The notes below the pieces were generated by a model. That model was not told the origin of the DNA and ran no database searches. It was given only the letters and a program-made list of their open reading frames with translations. Shown here piece by piece: positions 23,056 through 35,369 of a DNA stretch of 64,000 bases. This DNA comes from Takakia lepidozioides. Lineage: Eukaryota > Plantae > Bryophyta. The position numbers were made by a program, and so were the translations under genes. The stretch is from the NCBI GenBank assembly GCA_030704615.1, contig CM060733.1, positions 48,112,001-48,176,000 on the forward strand, in the 5' to 3' direction. The first letter of the stretch is position 1; every line of letters starts with the position of its first letter.

Positions 23056-25190
23056 AAAAAGATTGTGCATCATCCACCACTGAGATGAGATCGGTGGTGG
23101 ATGGCATCGTCGTCCCTTCCCCGCGCTGCAACACACCTTCCCCCCCGGTTATTTTCGGGCATTTCGGGCAGGTTCCAAAGAGATTGACGACGACGTGGCT
23201 ACGACAACCTAGCTACTATGATGTGGCCACGATGACCTGGTTACGATGACGTGGCGGAGATGACGTGACAATATGGCACCCTATTCCTGCTCTACGCTAA
23301 ACTAGTCTCGGACCTTCCGTCGTCGCTAGAACTACTGCTACACGTCTGCATGAAAAGTTTCAAACCCATACATTCTTTTGTTTCACACTGGAATCATATG
23401 ACTCATGCGCCACCTTCTAAGCTCTATTTAGAGTGATGGTGGAAAGATATGAGACTGCAGTTCTGATTCTGGTGTGGATGGTGGAGCTCCTCCCAAGCTT
23501 GAAGATGAAAGTGAACATGACTTGCAGTGAGCCTGATTCGAGGACCAGCCTTGACATGCACAAGCCTGTGGAGAATCTGTGAGTCTGGACATGTTGCTAT
23601 GTTCGTCATTGTGTTACATGCACTAGAGCCCAGAGCGACTTGCGTGGATGTTATTGAAGGCTCAACACTTGCACTTCATGAAGAAACTTATCAAACTGTT
23701 GATGCTCTTTGAGGTTCTGCACGACGGTCAACCATGGAGCATGGAATAGCACTAACAGGAGTTGTGTAAAGATCCATCACAATGGTGGGACAACCACATC
23801 GGCAAGGAGTAGCTTTCTTCTTCCAGGATGTGAAGAAGTTCGTCTGTTCTGCAAAAGTGGCTGTTCCTGTCTACCTTACAGGTTGCTGTTCCTATCCAGC
23901 CCTTGGAATAGTGTTGCAAGTTACAAGGTCAGGTGTATTACTAGATAGCTTTGTGGCCTGGTCCAACCCTTTCCTCTCCCCCAAATGGAAGCTGTTATGG
24001 GGTTGGGTGCTGCTAATCAGTTTCTGACTTTTTGTGGAAAGGGTCCTCCCCAATTGCAATATGTTTCTTTAAACTTGGTAGAAAGGGCCTTATGCATCTG
24101 TTTGAATCTATTGATTCTGAATCCAACCATGAATCCATCAATATATTAGTGAAACAATTTCAACAAAAAACTAACATCTGGGGTGATTCAAAAGTTAGTT
24201 CTGCCACCGAGATGCAAAATATGTACAAGTGTTTACTTTAGTCCTTCTCGAAAAGAGATATAAACAATAAATATAGGTTTGAGTCTTCCACCGCCCGACG
24301 GTTTCCAGTGCAATCCTTACCTTTTTAATCCTGGTTAGGTAGTGTCCTGCATACCATAATGAGGTATTTGAAGAAAATCACTATGACGCTTGTGCACAGC
24401 TGACAACAATCTCATGACAGGCAAATGAAGGGTTACAAATGAAAAGATTCCCAAAGTCCCTTGACCTTGCAATGGAAACCACAAGCACACAAAAAGCCTT
24501 GTTCCCCTCCACACACAAGCTGAAGGAACTGTGGCAACTAAGGTAATCCTGATATTGCTGTTGCTCTTGCTCTTCCGGTCACTTCCATAACAGCTGTCCA
24601 CTAGTTATGATACCCAACTTAAGTAACTATCCCAAGCAAGCAAGAGCTTCAGGATAGAAAAATGTATATTTCATTCCTCAGGGCAAAATTGTCACAGCAC
24701 GCAAGCAGTCAGCGTCTCTGGATGACTCTACATGTCTAACGAGTCTCACTATTGACCCAATTATTCTAGTCTCTCTTACTACAACTTTGTCTTGTCTACT
24801 TCTTGAACTCTTCTGCATGAGAATTGGATGCAGTAAATATGCCCCTCTCAACATCTCTGCCTAGTAGCAACAGCCGTCCTGTGCATAAACCGAAGGAGCT
24901 ACTATCATGAGTACTTACAATTTTAGAAGGTCTTTGTTTGCCTTTGTGTGGTCTCTACAAGTACACTTCAAAAATCTCTCTCTCTCGCTCTCTCTCGCTG
25001 TCTCTCTCTCTCACGTCCGCAGTGTCAGTTGCTCGATCAGACAAAGGTACGCACTTAAGCCTCTTATGTCCGACATATGCACCCCCGACCTCGAAAACAG
25101 AGCAGGGATGTCCTTGAGAGTCTGCCAACATAGGCTGCCACAGCCACCCCTTGCAGCGCGAGCTGTAAACCACCCACTCACTGGCTAGAA

Positions 25191-28100
25191 TTAAGTTAAG
25201 CGAGCAACCCACCATTCTGAGGGTGCTGGGCACAGCGGCTCCAAGGAGTCAAAGACATCAGCAGCAAAACCTGTGATCACACTGTCAGGGCTACAGGAAT
25301 CCGTGTCCTTGCTGGTGCACTCATGTATGCCAGAATCCTCAGAATACAGCATAGGTAGCTTCTCCCATTGATGACTATTGGTCAGAAAGGTGGGGAGCTC
25401 AGGGCTAAATACCTGGCTACTTTGCATACCCGATCCCTCCGAGTGCAGCAGAAAATCCAAGTAGTTGTTACTCGGCTGTGCCTCCGTGAGCGGCACTCCA
25501 AACGCATCGCCCCCTCGCCCCCCGCCGTTCTGCATCAGCGCCACCCCCAACTCCGCCGGGCCGCTCTCCCCGCCCTCGCTGCCCCCCTGCTCAAAACACG
25601 CCCGCCCGTCGCGCCGTGACCGCGGTCGCCGCTTCACCGACCGCGACGTCCGCGGCGTGACCGTCATGCAGGGCGCCCCCTGCGGGTACCCGCCCCGCCC
25701 GTCGTCCAGCATCCCCCTCCCCGCCCCTCCGAACTCTCCCTCCCCGTAGTGTGCCTCTCCTGCCACCCCGCATTTTGCACTCTCTTACACAAGTTCCACT
25801 CTTTCTCTCTCCATCTCTCAGACATTCCATCGACTTCGCAGGAGACAAAGCTTTGCCTATCTAGAAAGCAGGTGGATTCATTCTCGACCAGGCCAAACTT
25901 CCATGCAGGACCTACACATTTAGTTGGAAGACCGTTTCGTTTCCCTGGAGCATGTTGAAGACGTGTATGAAACTGTAGATTGGGCAAATAGCAAGGTGGG
26001 AGACATAAGAGAAGGAGGATTAGTATGTCCAGGAAGCCATTCTGCTTGGCTTGAGTTGGAATTAGTGAATTAGACTAGACTGATCACATAAATGGCACAT
26101 GCACTGAAAGTTCTGTGGAAATATTAGGATCTTATGGGCTTGGGTCAAGCTCCTTGTGAACTACCAGACATCAAAGTAGCTGAAATGATCAATAGAAGAT
26201 TGGAGGAAACTACACAAGCATCTCACAAAGTTTTTGGGGTTATGGGAGGTGTAGAATCGCTTGTGACTAGCAAGGTGCTACAGCTGATGCATGACCTTGA
26301 ACAGAACACTAGTGTGAGTGAAAGATACAGGAAAACAAACCCACTAAGACTAAATAAATTTTCTTCCACGGTGGGTTTACCTCTAGCTTGTGTCTATGGG
26401 AAGGTGAAGGAGGTAGCTTCGTCCCTTTCTGTGGAGATAAGAATTTCCACATGCATGGGCGATTTTGCTATAGAGGGTACTGAAGTATTTGCGCTCTTGC
26501 AATTTGGGGGTTCAACAGACGTAGACTCGACATCCGAGTACGAATGGGGGATACAAGTTGAGGGCAAGACTAAGTTAGTCTGTATGATGCGTGGCCCATG
26601 GCATTTGCCTTGGGCTTGGGGTTGTGATGAGAGTTATGTTGAAGGGGCAGCTCGCCCACGGTTATCTATGTATAATGCACCAGGTGGGCATTGCAACGCC
26701 TAGAACAGGGAGAAAAAATTACAAAGATGAGGATAGTACCTAAACGCTGTGGTGAAGAGTAGTGAGGCAAAGCTTGCACTGTTGCCAAGGCCGAGTTTGG
26801 GATATGAATTAGGCTTGGAAGCGTTGCCAAGGCCTAGGTACTTTACCTTGAGAGTGGGGTGCCTTGAGTGGGGATGTGCGACACTTGGTATCAGAGCTTA
26901 TAGTGAGCGGTCAGCGTGATTTCCCCTGCATGCGAATGCACGGATGGAACCGTCAAAGGTGATCCAAACTTGCAAGGCTGTGAACAGATAGCTTGGTCCT
27001 AGTAATGACCAACTAGACAGCGCGCACGGGGATGTCATGGCAAATACAACCAGGAAGCACTTGAATTCCAGGATCTGAACCGGACCTGTTCAACCACCAG
27101 TAGGGGTCTTACCAGGAGTGGCCATTCTCTAGGAGCCTCTCTCTCTTAAAAAAACTGTGATGTGAGAAGATGGCAGAAGAGGTGTCCCTCCAGGGGAGAG
27201 AGAGGGGGGGGGGGGGGAGGGGAAATGGAGGACTTCCAAAAGTTCCTTTGTGAACGAACTCGGCCCTTTTTTTCACTTCTATTGACTTTAGCAGTGTGGC
27301 ACAAAGCTACTTCGTGTACAAGTACAAGCGTAGAAAGAGAAGAAGAACGTGCCTGCCACCATATGCTCAAGCTTGATGCTCAAAACATCGTCGACGTCCA
27401 TGGAGTTGAAAGTCTGGACGTTGTGTCGCAGTCGACGGATGTCGCTGGCGTCCCTGAAGGCGCTTTCTTCCTCCGCAAAGATGAATGGGGGCACAAAACC
27501 CCCTCCTACGAGCGATGCCGCCCCCGTTGGACTGTGCACCTGTTCCAAAGTTCCCGCCCACCACCATCTTTTGCCCCGTTATCGAGCGCGCAAATTTGTG
27601 CATGAGGAAGGTTGAGATCACTTGAACGGTCCGTGTTCTCTCTCTCTCTCTCTCCCACCTTCAAACGATGTCTTATGAGTACATTCTCTCTATATAGTAC
27701 ACTCTACCTCCTACATTAGTTGATGCTCATGCAGATTATGAATCTATCTGTAAGCCGTGTGCCTTACTTACTTCATTGGACCATAAGTCGCAAACTAATT
27801 CCTCCCTGTGCAGTAACTGATACTGGCAATGGAGTTGGCTTCTCACCGCCTCACACGAGCATGGTTATTTTCTGAGTATATACTATGACTACTTACATTG
27901 GTGCCCGAAAAGTTGAACCTCGTGCATCTAAGCCGGTGTACCCTGCTGTACACCTAGACCATAACTTGCCAACTAGTCAGTTCATGTGCAGCAACTGATA
28001 CAGGCAAACGGTGGAGTTGTAACCACAGACAGAGACAGACAGAGACAGGCGAAACAGACTACATTCCTTTAGGTAATAGACAATAAGGAGCAGGTATCCC

Positions 28101-30544
28101 AGGGATATCTGCCTGTTGCCTGACCTTGCCAGATCTGCTTGTCTGGCATAGCTGGAGATCGCAAGAATGAAGAGAGAAGACACAATCCAGTCGGGTCAGG
28201 GGATACCTGAAAACCAGCAAAGTCAGACAATGAAGGGTCTTTGCTCAGGTCTGATGTGTCTGCAGATGCATCTGTACTTCCTGATGGCATCTTGGGGCGC
28301 TGCAACGCACGGAGAATACGCTTCTGTCTTGTACTCCAAAAATTTTTAACATCATTGTCTGTTCGTCCTGGCAGACAACTGGCTATCTTGGCCCACTTGT
28401 TACCCAGCTTTGCTTGCATCTCTACCACTAACTTCTCCTCTTCAGGAGAGAACTTACATCCACTCCTGCATGAGAGACAAATGATTTCAGTTCAATTTCT
28501 AAAATTGCTGGAGCAATAATGTACTTCAACTTACTACGTATATGCAGTCATATCAATACCACACACATTGAAGATGCAGATGCACTTCTAGCAATACTCT
28601 TGTGAATGGTCTCAAAATATGATGTATAGGAGCACCAAGTATGGAGCTTAAGCCCCTAACCGTGTAATGATGGAAAAGGTTAAGATACTGTTGATACTAT
28701 TGATACTGTAAGATACTGTTGTCATTTCCAGTTGGACCATGCTGTGAGAGCAATGCATAGAGGGAAGAGAGTGCGAGGTCAAGAGACCTTAACACTGTAG
28801 CAACATCTCTCTAGGGGGTTGTTGCTACTTTCTAGCAGAAGTGCCATAGCCCTCTTGTGGTCATGGGCACTCTCTGTTCAAGAGTACGAATGTGTAGCTG
28901 GTGATGTAGAGCTGCAAAACAGACTGCTGCAACCAGAATGAGAGATGTAGTGACTCAGACACAAAGGGATTGCTCTACAACCACAAGCAGGTGATGGCAC
29001 CAAGGACAACCAATGTGTAGAGAAATACATGAAGATACCAACATAAGACTTGGTTTGTCTGCAGAGCTCGTCAACCCCATGTGCTGTAGGATGAGATATT
29101 CTAGCATCACTGAACAGCATGAGCTTATGAAAGTCATCTCTGGTGCTCAAAGTCGTCTGGTTGAGCAATCAATATGTAATGTGTATTTGTTGACTAAATG
29201 GATTGAATCTCCAGTACCACAGGAGCAATTTTGATGGTGCACAGATATCCTGTGATTTACACTGTGTCATCATTCTGCCAAGAACTAGTGTACTTTTCTC
29301 GAGCAGATGTCTGTTGGAAGCATTGCAAAAAGTCTTATTTTCTCTCCTCTCTCCTGTTTTGAGGAGGAAAGGATGGTAGGGGCTAGGGTTTCTCAGCCTT
29401 TAGTAATCAAAGAAAAGCAGTTCATAAGATCCTGTAAAGCATCTGGTTCAAGACACCCTCATTTAATGGAACAGTTCAACTGTGCTGTTGGTAACCCCTG
29501 CTTGAGCTTGTCAGTTAATCTTCACTAGTTTGTCGGTTATAACTGCAAGGCTACACCATCTCATGATTTCTGTGAGTATTGAATGGCTGTGGGTCTTCTG
29601 ACTGAAGAGCTTTGCAGTCTATGGAGTTTATTTGTCCATATCTGTGTATATTACATGTGCCTATAGTGCCTGTCTGTCTTCCTCTTAGTTGATTCACCTG
29701 AAATCCTTTAAGCTTGGGCGATTAAGGCAGAAATTGAGGTCCATATGATGCTGGTGTGAGATATTATATGTCCCTGCTCTTGTATTCCGGATATATTAAT
29801 AAGCTTTACTCCACAACAAGATTGTAAGTATTTCTTCGCATGGTACAAAACCAATGCATGGCATTAAAACATGTGCAGTCAGAAGGTGGGTTTTCCTGGA
29901 CTTCTCATATAGCAAAAATATGGTGAGAGGCTTCTGTCTTACTCCTATATCGCAAGTGAGAAGAATGTTTGATCTCCTCTGATTGGTTGGAACATTTTAA
30001 TCTCTGATCGGTGCAATTTCTAAGACCAGGATGGTAGTAAAGACAAGAAATAAGGAGAACACATGGAAAGAGATGCCTTTTGCCACCAGGCGGACGTCTC
30101 TGTCCAGTCCAGAGGGTGTTTCAGTGAAATAGCAAAAAGGGGTGACTCTCGGCTGTAAGTTTGGAGATGTAGGCAAAGGGAGCGAGGAGGTTGTGTTAAG
30201 AAAGAGGGATTCTATCTCAGAAGAGAGAAAGAGAACATGCAGAGAAGAAACACTGGAGGTATCCACCAGCATCATATATACGTAGCTAAGAATGTACTTT
30301 GTAGTTGCTAAAAGGATTGCAAGAGGAAAGGAAGAGGGAACCTCTTGAGGTCAGGCTTGAGCTTGTTGACCCATCGCAGGCGACATGATTTGCCTGTACG
30401 TGGTAGCAAACCTTTGGATCGAATAGAGCTCCAATCGCGCGCACCAAATTGGCGTACATATTCCACCAGAATTTCATCTTCTTCGGGCATCCATGGCCCT
30501 TTCCTCAACACCTCATCCCCATTTTGAATTGGCTTCATACTCAT
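25191..30544 (-). CDS. DUO1: DUO POLLEN 1-type R2R3-MYB transcription factor. Exon1 30342-30544, exon2 28207-28462/28465, last exon(s) about 25191-25970 with the junction unresolved
   Basis: KGPWMPEEDEILVEYVRQFGARDWSSIRSKGLLPRTGKSCRLRWVNKLKPDLK|SGCKFSPEEEKLVVEMQAKLGNKWAKIASCLPGRTDNDVKNFWSTRQKR matches the DUO1 clade (DWSSIRSKG, GCKF, NFWSxRQKR). The C-terminal SPDSVITGFAADVFDSLEPLCPAPSEW resembles the conserved DUO1 tail. GT/AG borders are present. Confidence 0.88.
26130..27100 (+). mobile_element. LTR-retrotransposon relic (LTR end plus tRNA-iMet PBS) in DUO1 intron 2
   Basis: ...GACA CT TGGTATCAGAGC at 26880-26897. Boundaries are approximate. Confidence 0.5.
30413..30433 (-). promoter_or_regulatory. 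miR159/miR319-family complementary site in DUO1 exon 1
   Basis: mRNA TGGAGCTCTATTCGATCCAAA (encoding WSSIRSK) versus the miR159 complement TAGAGCTCCCTTCAATCCAAA: 3 G:U pairs and 1 mismatch. Same position as the angiosperm DUO1 site. Confidence 0.6.
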
Positions 30545-33500
30545 CCTGACCTCTCCCCCCCCTATTGTCTACTCTTTTAATTCCCCCTGTAGACCTGTCC
30601 TTCTCTCCTGTGGCTTGTTAGACTCTTAAGTATATATAGAGTGCTGCGTCGATGTTTATTAGAGTCTGCAGTGATGTCTTTGTGTTCCTCCTCCAATCAG
30701 GGATGAAGAAGAGAATCGTTCTTGGTAAGAAAAAGGTGTCTCTGAGTAAGCTGCGTGTGGTATTAGCTTCACATGTAAGAATGCTTGATTGCAGTGTTTG
30801 CCACTTGTTCAACAGGTTCCCTGTACATTCCTGTGTGTTTTGATCTGCATCCCCGACCTCAGCCACTCTCCTACAGGTCTGTGGTGCAGGTAAGATGCAC
30901 TTTTGTTCTCTTTCTAAACCTATCTTCAGAAGAAAGCTCTTCCATGCACCTGGCTAAGAGGCTCTGCTGTTTCCTTTATTTTCCAAGAGAATCACTAAGA
31001 TTTGTGGAAGGTCCGTTTGAAAGGATTATATACGTTTTTGCTGTGTTCTCAGGCCATACAATGAAGCCTTGTCAGTATAAAAACCTAGAAGCTCAGAAGA
31101 ATGTCTTCAGAGAAGACTTCAGGACTATATTCGGAGGAAGTTCTACTCTCATATGAATCCCTTCTGAAGCAGATACTGGAGCACATTTATTCACTGTAAA
31201 TGATTGGGATACCGCAGATTGTCAAACACCATAAGATTTGGTGCTGTTGTCTTGGTCAGACCCAAGGATGAATTCAGAGATTGATGAGTGTCTCGTGAAA
31301 AGGATGGAGTAATGATGTGATCTGGGGAGGAAAACTGAGTAAATTGGACAGTAGGGAATGCTATAACTCCAATAGATCTTGGAGGAATCCTGAAGAAACC
31401 AGTGAGCTCAGATGTCCTCAGTATAGCCAGTCCTTGTCGCTCTTCAGATGTCGCAAATGAATTGCTGCCCGCCACACAATGTTGCCCAAACTCAACCAGT
31501 TCAGCACACCTTCAATTGCTCTGGGATGTTTTATTGTATTGTAAGGAGAACTTAGCTTTAATGTGAAGAGTTTTAGTTTCTAAATATTCCTCCATTGAGA
31601 AATGTACTTCTTCGGCTCAAATATTGTCAGGTCTTAAAAGGAAAATAACTTAACCCAGCCAAGCAGTTTTATTTTTATTGAAAGCAGAACTGGACCAAGG
31701 CAGGAAGTGATGTCGACAATCGTCATTAGCTTATGGAGCCATTATAGAGCTTATAGCATAGGAGTGGTTGAATAGATAGTGATTGAATCAAATGGAACAA
31801 TAGGAATGTTATGTGATTTGTCAGGCTGAATGGTACATTGCATCCAATGCACATTGTAGTGATGATTATGGTGTATGAAGAAATTTAAAGTGGCATCAAC
31901 GAACTTTTGAAGCAGATCACAGCTGAAGGCTCCTCCCCATGTTTACGAGATTCTGATTCAAGGCGACATGGTAAAGGTGCTTTTGAAAGACCACAGTTTT
32001 GCTCCAGAATGGTCTACTACTGGAGGAAACAATTAGGTGACGATCAAGGCGAACAAGCGAGTATTGTAAGGTTGAAACAATGTAGTGCTTGTACAATGCA
32101 ACTTGACAGTAAATCATACATCCCCAAAATGATCTGAGACGCGGAGTGGGGGAAGCTGATGGAGGAAAACTGATAGCCACAACAACAGACAGTTGCCGAA
32201 TAATCGAAGCTATGGCACGAGTACCAGAGATAGAGAGAGAGCGGACAGGGGGGATGGCTAATATAAGCCACAGGGAGAGAAGTAAGAGGCCCTAGACACG
32301 AAGGAAATTCCCAGAACAGGTCAAGACAGGACAAACGGCACAGGACAAATGAGGAGCAAGAATATGTCTCTTAGAGCGAAAGAGAAGAAGAGACGGCGAG
32401 ACAATAAATCACTTCGGTGGAGGCAGTGTAGGCCAGAGCGGGAAAGCGCGAAGATACAAAGGACGTCTCAATCGAGGACCGAACTAAAAAAAATCCAAAG
32501 AAGAGAGCGAAAACAGACAGAAGAGGATGAACTGGCACGTGATAGAGAAAGAGAGAGGGAAAGAAAGGGAGAGCGAGAGCGAGTGTTACGGCCAAGAGGA
32601 AGGGTAGAAAAATGTATGGGAGATACTACTTAGTCTCGGAGCGGAAATTAGCAACAAAGGAGGAGACCAAAAGAGACGATGAATTGCGATAGAGGAAAAC
32701 AATTTCTATCTAGAGACAAAAGCGCTGGAGACAAGAACCTGCAGACATTGAAACACGGTAAGACAGCACCGCAGCAAACATAAGAGAAAGACCGAGAAAA
32801 AAGAGCGAGAGAGAAGAGAGGGACTGAGAGAGAAACGTGGAGGGGGCAGTTACGCAGGCCCGTCATTGGCCCTTACCCTGCTCTCACCGGCAGTTACGTG
32901 CCGGTCACCCCCATAAACCACCGGTTACTCCCTCCTGCGCAACCAGTCGCCCTCCGTTTGCACCGCCCCTACCCGGTCTCCAAGGTGAAACCGGCAAGAC
33001 TTCTTTCACCGGCAGGCATCATTCCGGGCCGTGAAAAGAATACCGCGCCGGTCCTTGACCGAAGCGGCGTCCTTGGATCACGACACTCGAGCACCCTCAT
33101 TCTCTCTTTCTCCCTCTCTCTCCCTCCCTCTCGCACTTTCTCTGTCGTGGATTTGTGTTACGAAGCTGTGGTGTTCATCGCGCACTGAGCCCTGGCGATG
33201 CTGTGCGGGCTCGTGATGTGTGAGTAAGAGCGAGCGAGAAGCAGTTACGAGATAGGAGATGGGAGAAGAAAGGCTGGAACGGAAACTTGCGAGGGAACGT
33301 TCCAGAAGGTTCCGGAGCGTTGCCTGCGTCCGTGATCGGAAGCGGCAGCCGGATTCCGGCACCACGGAAACTGCCACGTCGACTAGCCGTTTGGAGGTGG
33401 GGCCCTGCCTATCTCGGGCCATGAATACCCTCCGCCACCTGGCTTCTGTGGATTGGTGACAAACTGTTGGACTGGGGTAACAACGTGCGCTGCTGTCTCT

Positions 33501-34249
33501 AGATTTGCTGTCGTACTCTTCTTGGATTCTTTAACTTGCGACCACCAGTTCTCCGGGTTTGGACCAGCGGTCGGTCTGGAAGTTTCATTCGTCGGTGAAA
33601 TGCTTACATCCACTAAGTAGATGTCATCGACTTTGTTGACGACAGAATCCATGGTCTCTCTGCCCACCCGAGACACTCATGGGATAGTGCTGGGCTGCCC
33701 CGCCTCCCACCGATCCCAAACAGCCCTTTTTTTTCATTTTTTCCTAGGCGTGGACGTGGCGAAATTTTTTTGGGACTAAGGGGAGAGGTGGCAGCTAGTA
33801 CATGGCCCACATGGATCTTACTTGGCTATAGGTATGCTATAATATAGTGTGCAATATAGCGATCTCTTCAGAACTTATATATATTACCTAGGCGACACAT
33901 CTCCACTGATGATACTTTTTACACAAGGTTCCACGAGGCCAGTTTTTATGAAAGGAACCTGCATGGGGTTACATACCCTTTCTCATTTTTCAAATACCAA
34001 CCATGGGGAAGGTTCATGTCTCTTATATAACAAACCCCAAGTCAATGCAAGGCTTTGCCAAATATTATGGAGTACAAATAGCTGTTGATGTCAATCCTGT
34101 AAAGTTACAAATCAAACCGAGGGAATCTCACTATAATTGCAGAAATGATGGAAACAATGATAGAGCTGTGGTGTAGCAAATAAAAGTTCTCAGCTGCACT
34201 ACAAGACATCAGTTTCTAATTCTACGCAGAGATTCCATAACGCGCACAT

Positions 34250-35285
34250 ACAGCTCCGCTCCACTTGTCAAAACAGTCATCATAGGGAAAATCGTCCAAG
34301 TCAAATTAGAACTTTTGGCCATACATTCCTACGACCACTAGCAGATGCGGATCCAAAGCGGACCGTAGCTTGTTCTTCAAAAATGACAGAGAGTAAAAGC
34401 ACCGCTTGTCCTCAACGCTACCCAACACATGCACCCATGGCAATTTCTGCAAGCTTCACATACTCCGGGAACGCATGAGTTAGTACTCTAAATGCATCAA
34501 TAGTTCTCCAAATCTTGGTGAGAGAATTGATGTCAAAGGGGGGCTCACGGTAGCCAATACATTGCTTTTTATACACAATTTAAACCTACCTTGTTGGGAT
34601 TCAAGGTCCCGGCGATTCTGCAAGCCCAACATTATCTTCTTCTCTGCGCCCGTGCCAAACACACGTGCTTCACCATACCAATTCTTCAACACATCAAGGT
34701 GGTTTGGAAAACTCTCATCACCGCCTACTTGCAACCAATATTGTGGGCATACTATACCCATGGCATCAAGCACAAAATGTTGGGGAATTTCAGGTTGAGC
34801 TCCCCCACTGCAAGCTGCTTCGCTGCAGCTGCATACCCAAATAAATATATGTTAGTATAGAGAAAGCGATAAAATTCAAAGCATTAAGTCCCCCCCCAAT
34901 GCTGCAGCCCCCCCTCATTTTTTGAGTAAGCTATTACAAGATTACATGAATGACAATAGAAAGGTGAACCTGAAGGGGCAAGTTAATATCACCTGAACAA
35001 TCGATCTTAACTTGCGTCACGAAGATGTTCCATGCATCCTTCTTAAACATAGTTCTTCAGAGCCTATGGGGCTACATCATCTGCCGCATTGTCAGCTTCA
35101 GCCTCCACATTGTCATTGGCCCCAATAGCATTCACATTGGCATTGGGCACGGTTGCACCACTCACCTAGTCAACCCAAATGTGCTCACTGTTCACAATGA
35201 AAGCCAATTGGTGTGAGTTGTCATTCAGGTCAGCCACCCACTTGAGGTGAATCTGCTCATGGCTACCCGAGTCCTCTATTTAGAG
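34250..35285 (-). mobile_element. hAT transposase, C-terminal part (degenerate)
   Basis: EQIHLKWVADLN..., LDAMGIVCPQYW, and hATC dimerisation-like EYVKLAEIAMV.VLGSVED.RCF..LSFLKNKLR. Confidence 0.75.
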
Positions 35286-35369
35286 AGGGTCCTATTGTCG
35301 TGGAAGCAGTTATAGCGCTTAAAAAAAGAGGTATAGAAAGAATGGAATGGTCAATGTGAAACTTACTGA

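Noticed and set aside
23500-23900. Possible decayed integrase zinc-finger remnant
   Set aside because: Only scattered residues across frames.
27146-27621. Overlapping GC-rich ORFs in the DUO1 intron
   Set aside because: No recognisable domain in any frame.
32200-33700. GA/CT-rich stretch with several short ORFs
   Set aside because: Low-complexity, UTR- or promoter-like sequence with no protein motif recognised.
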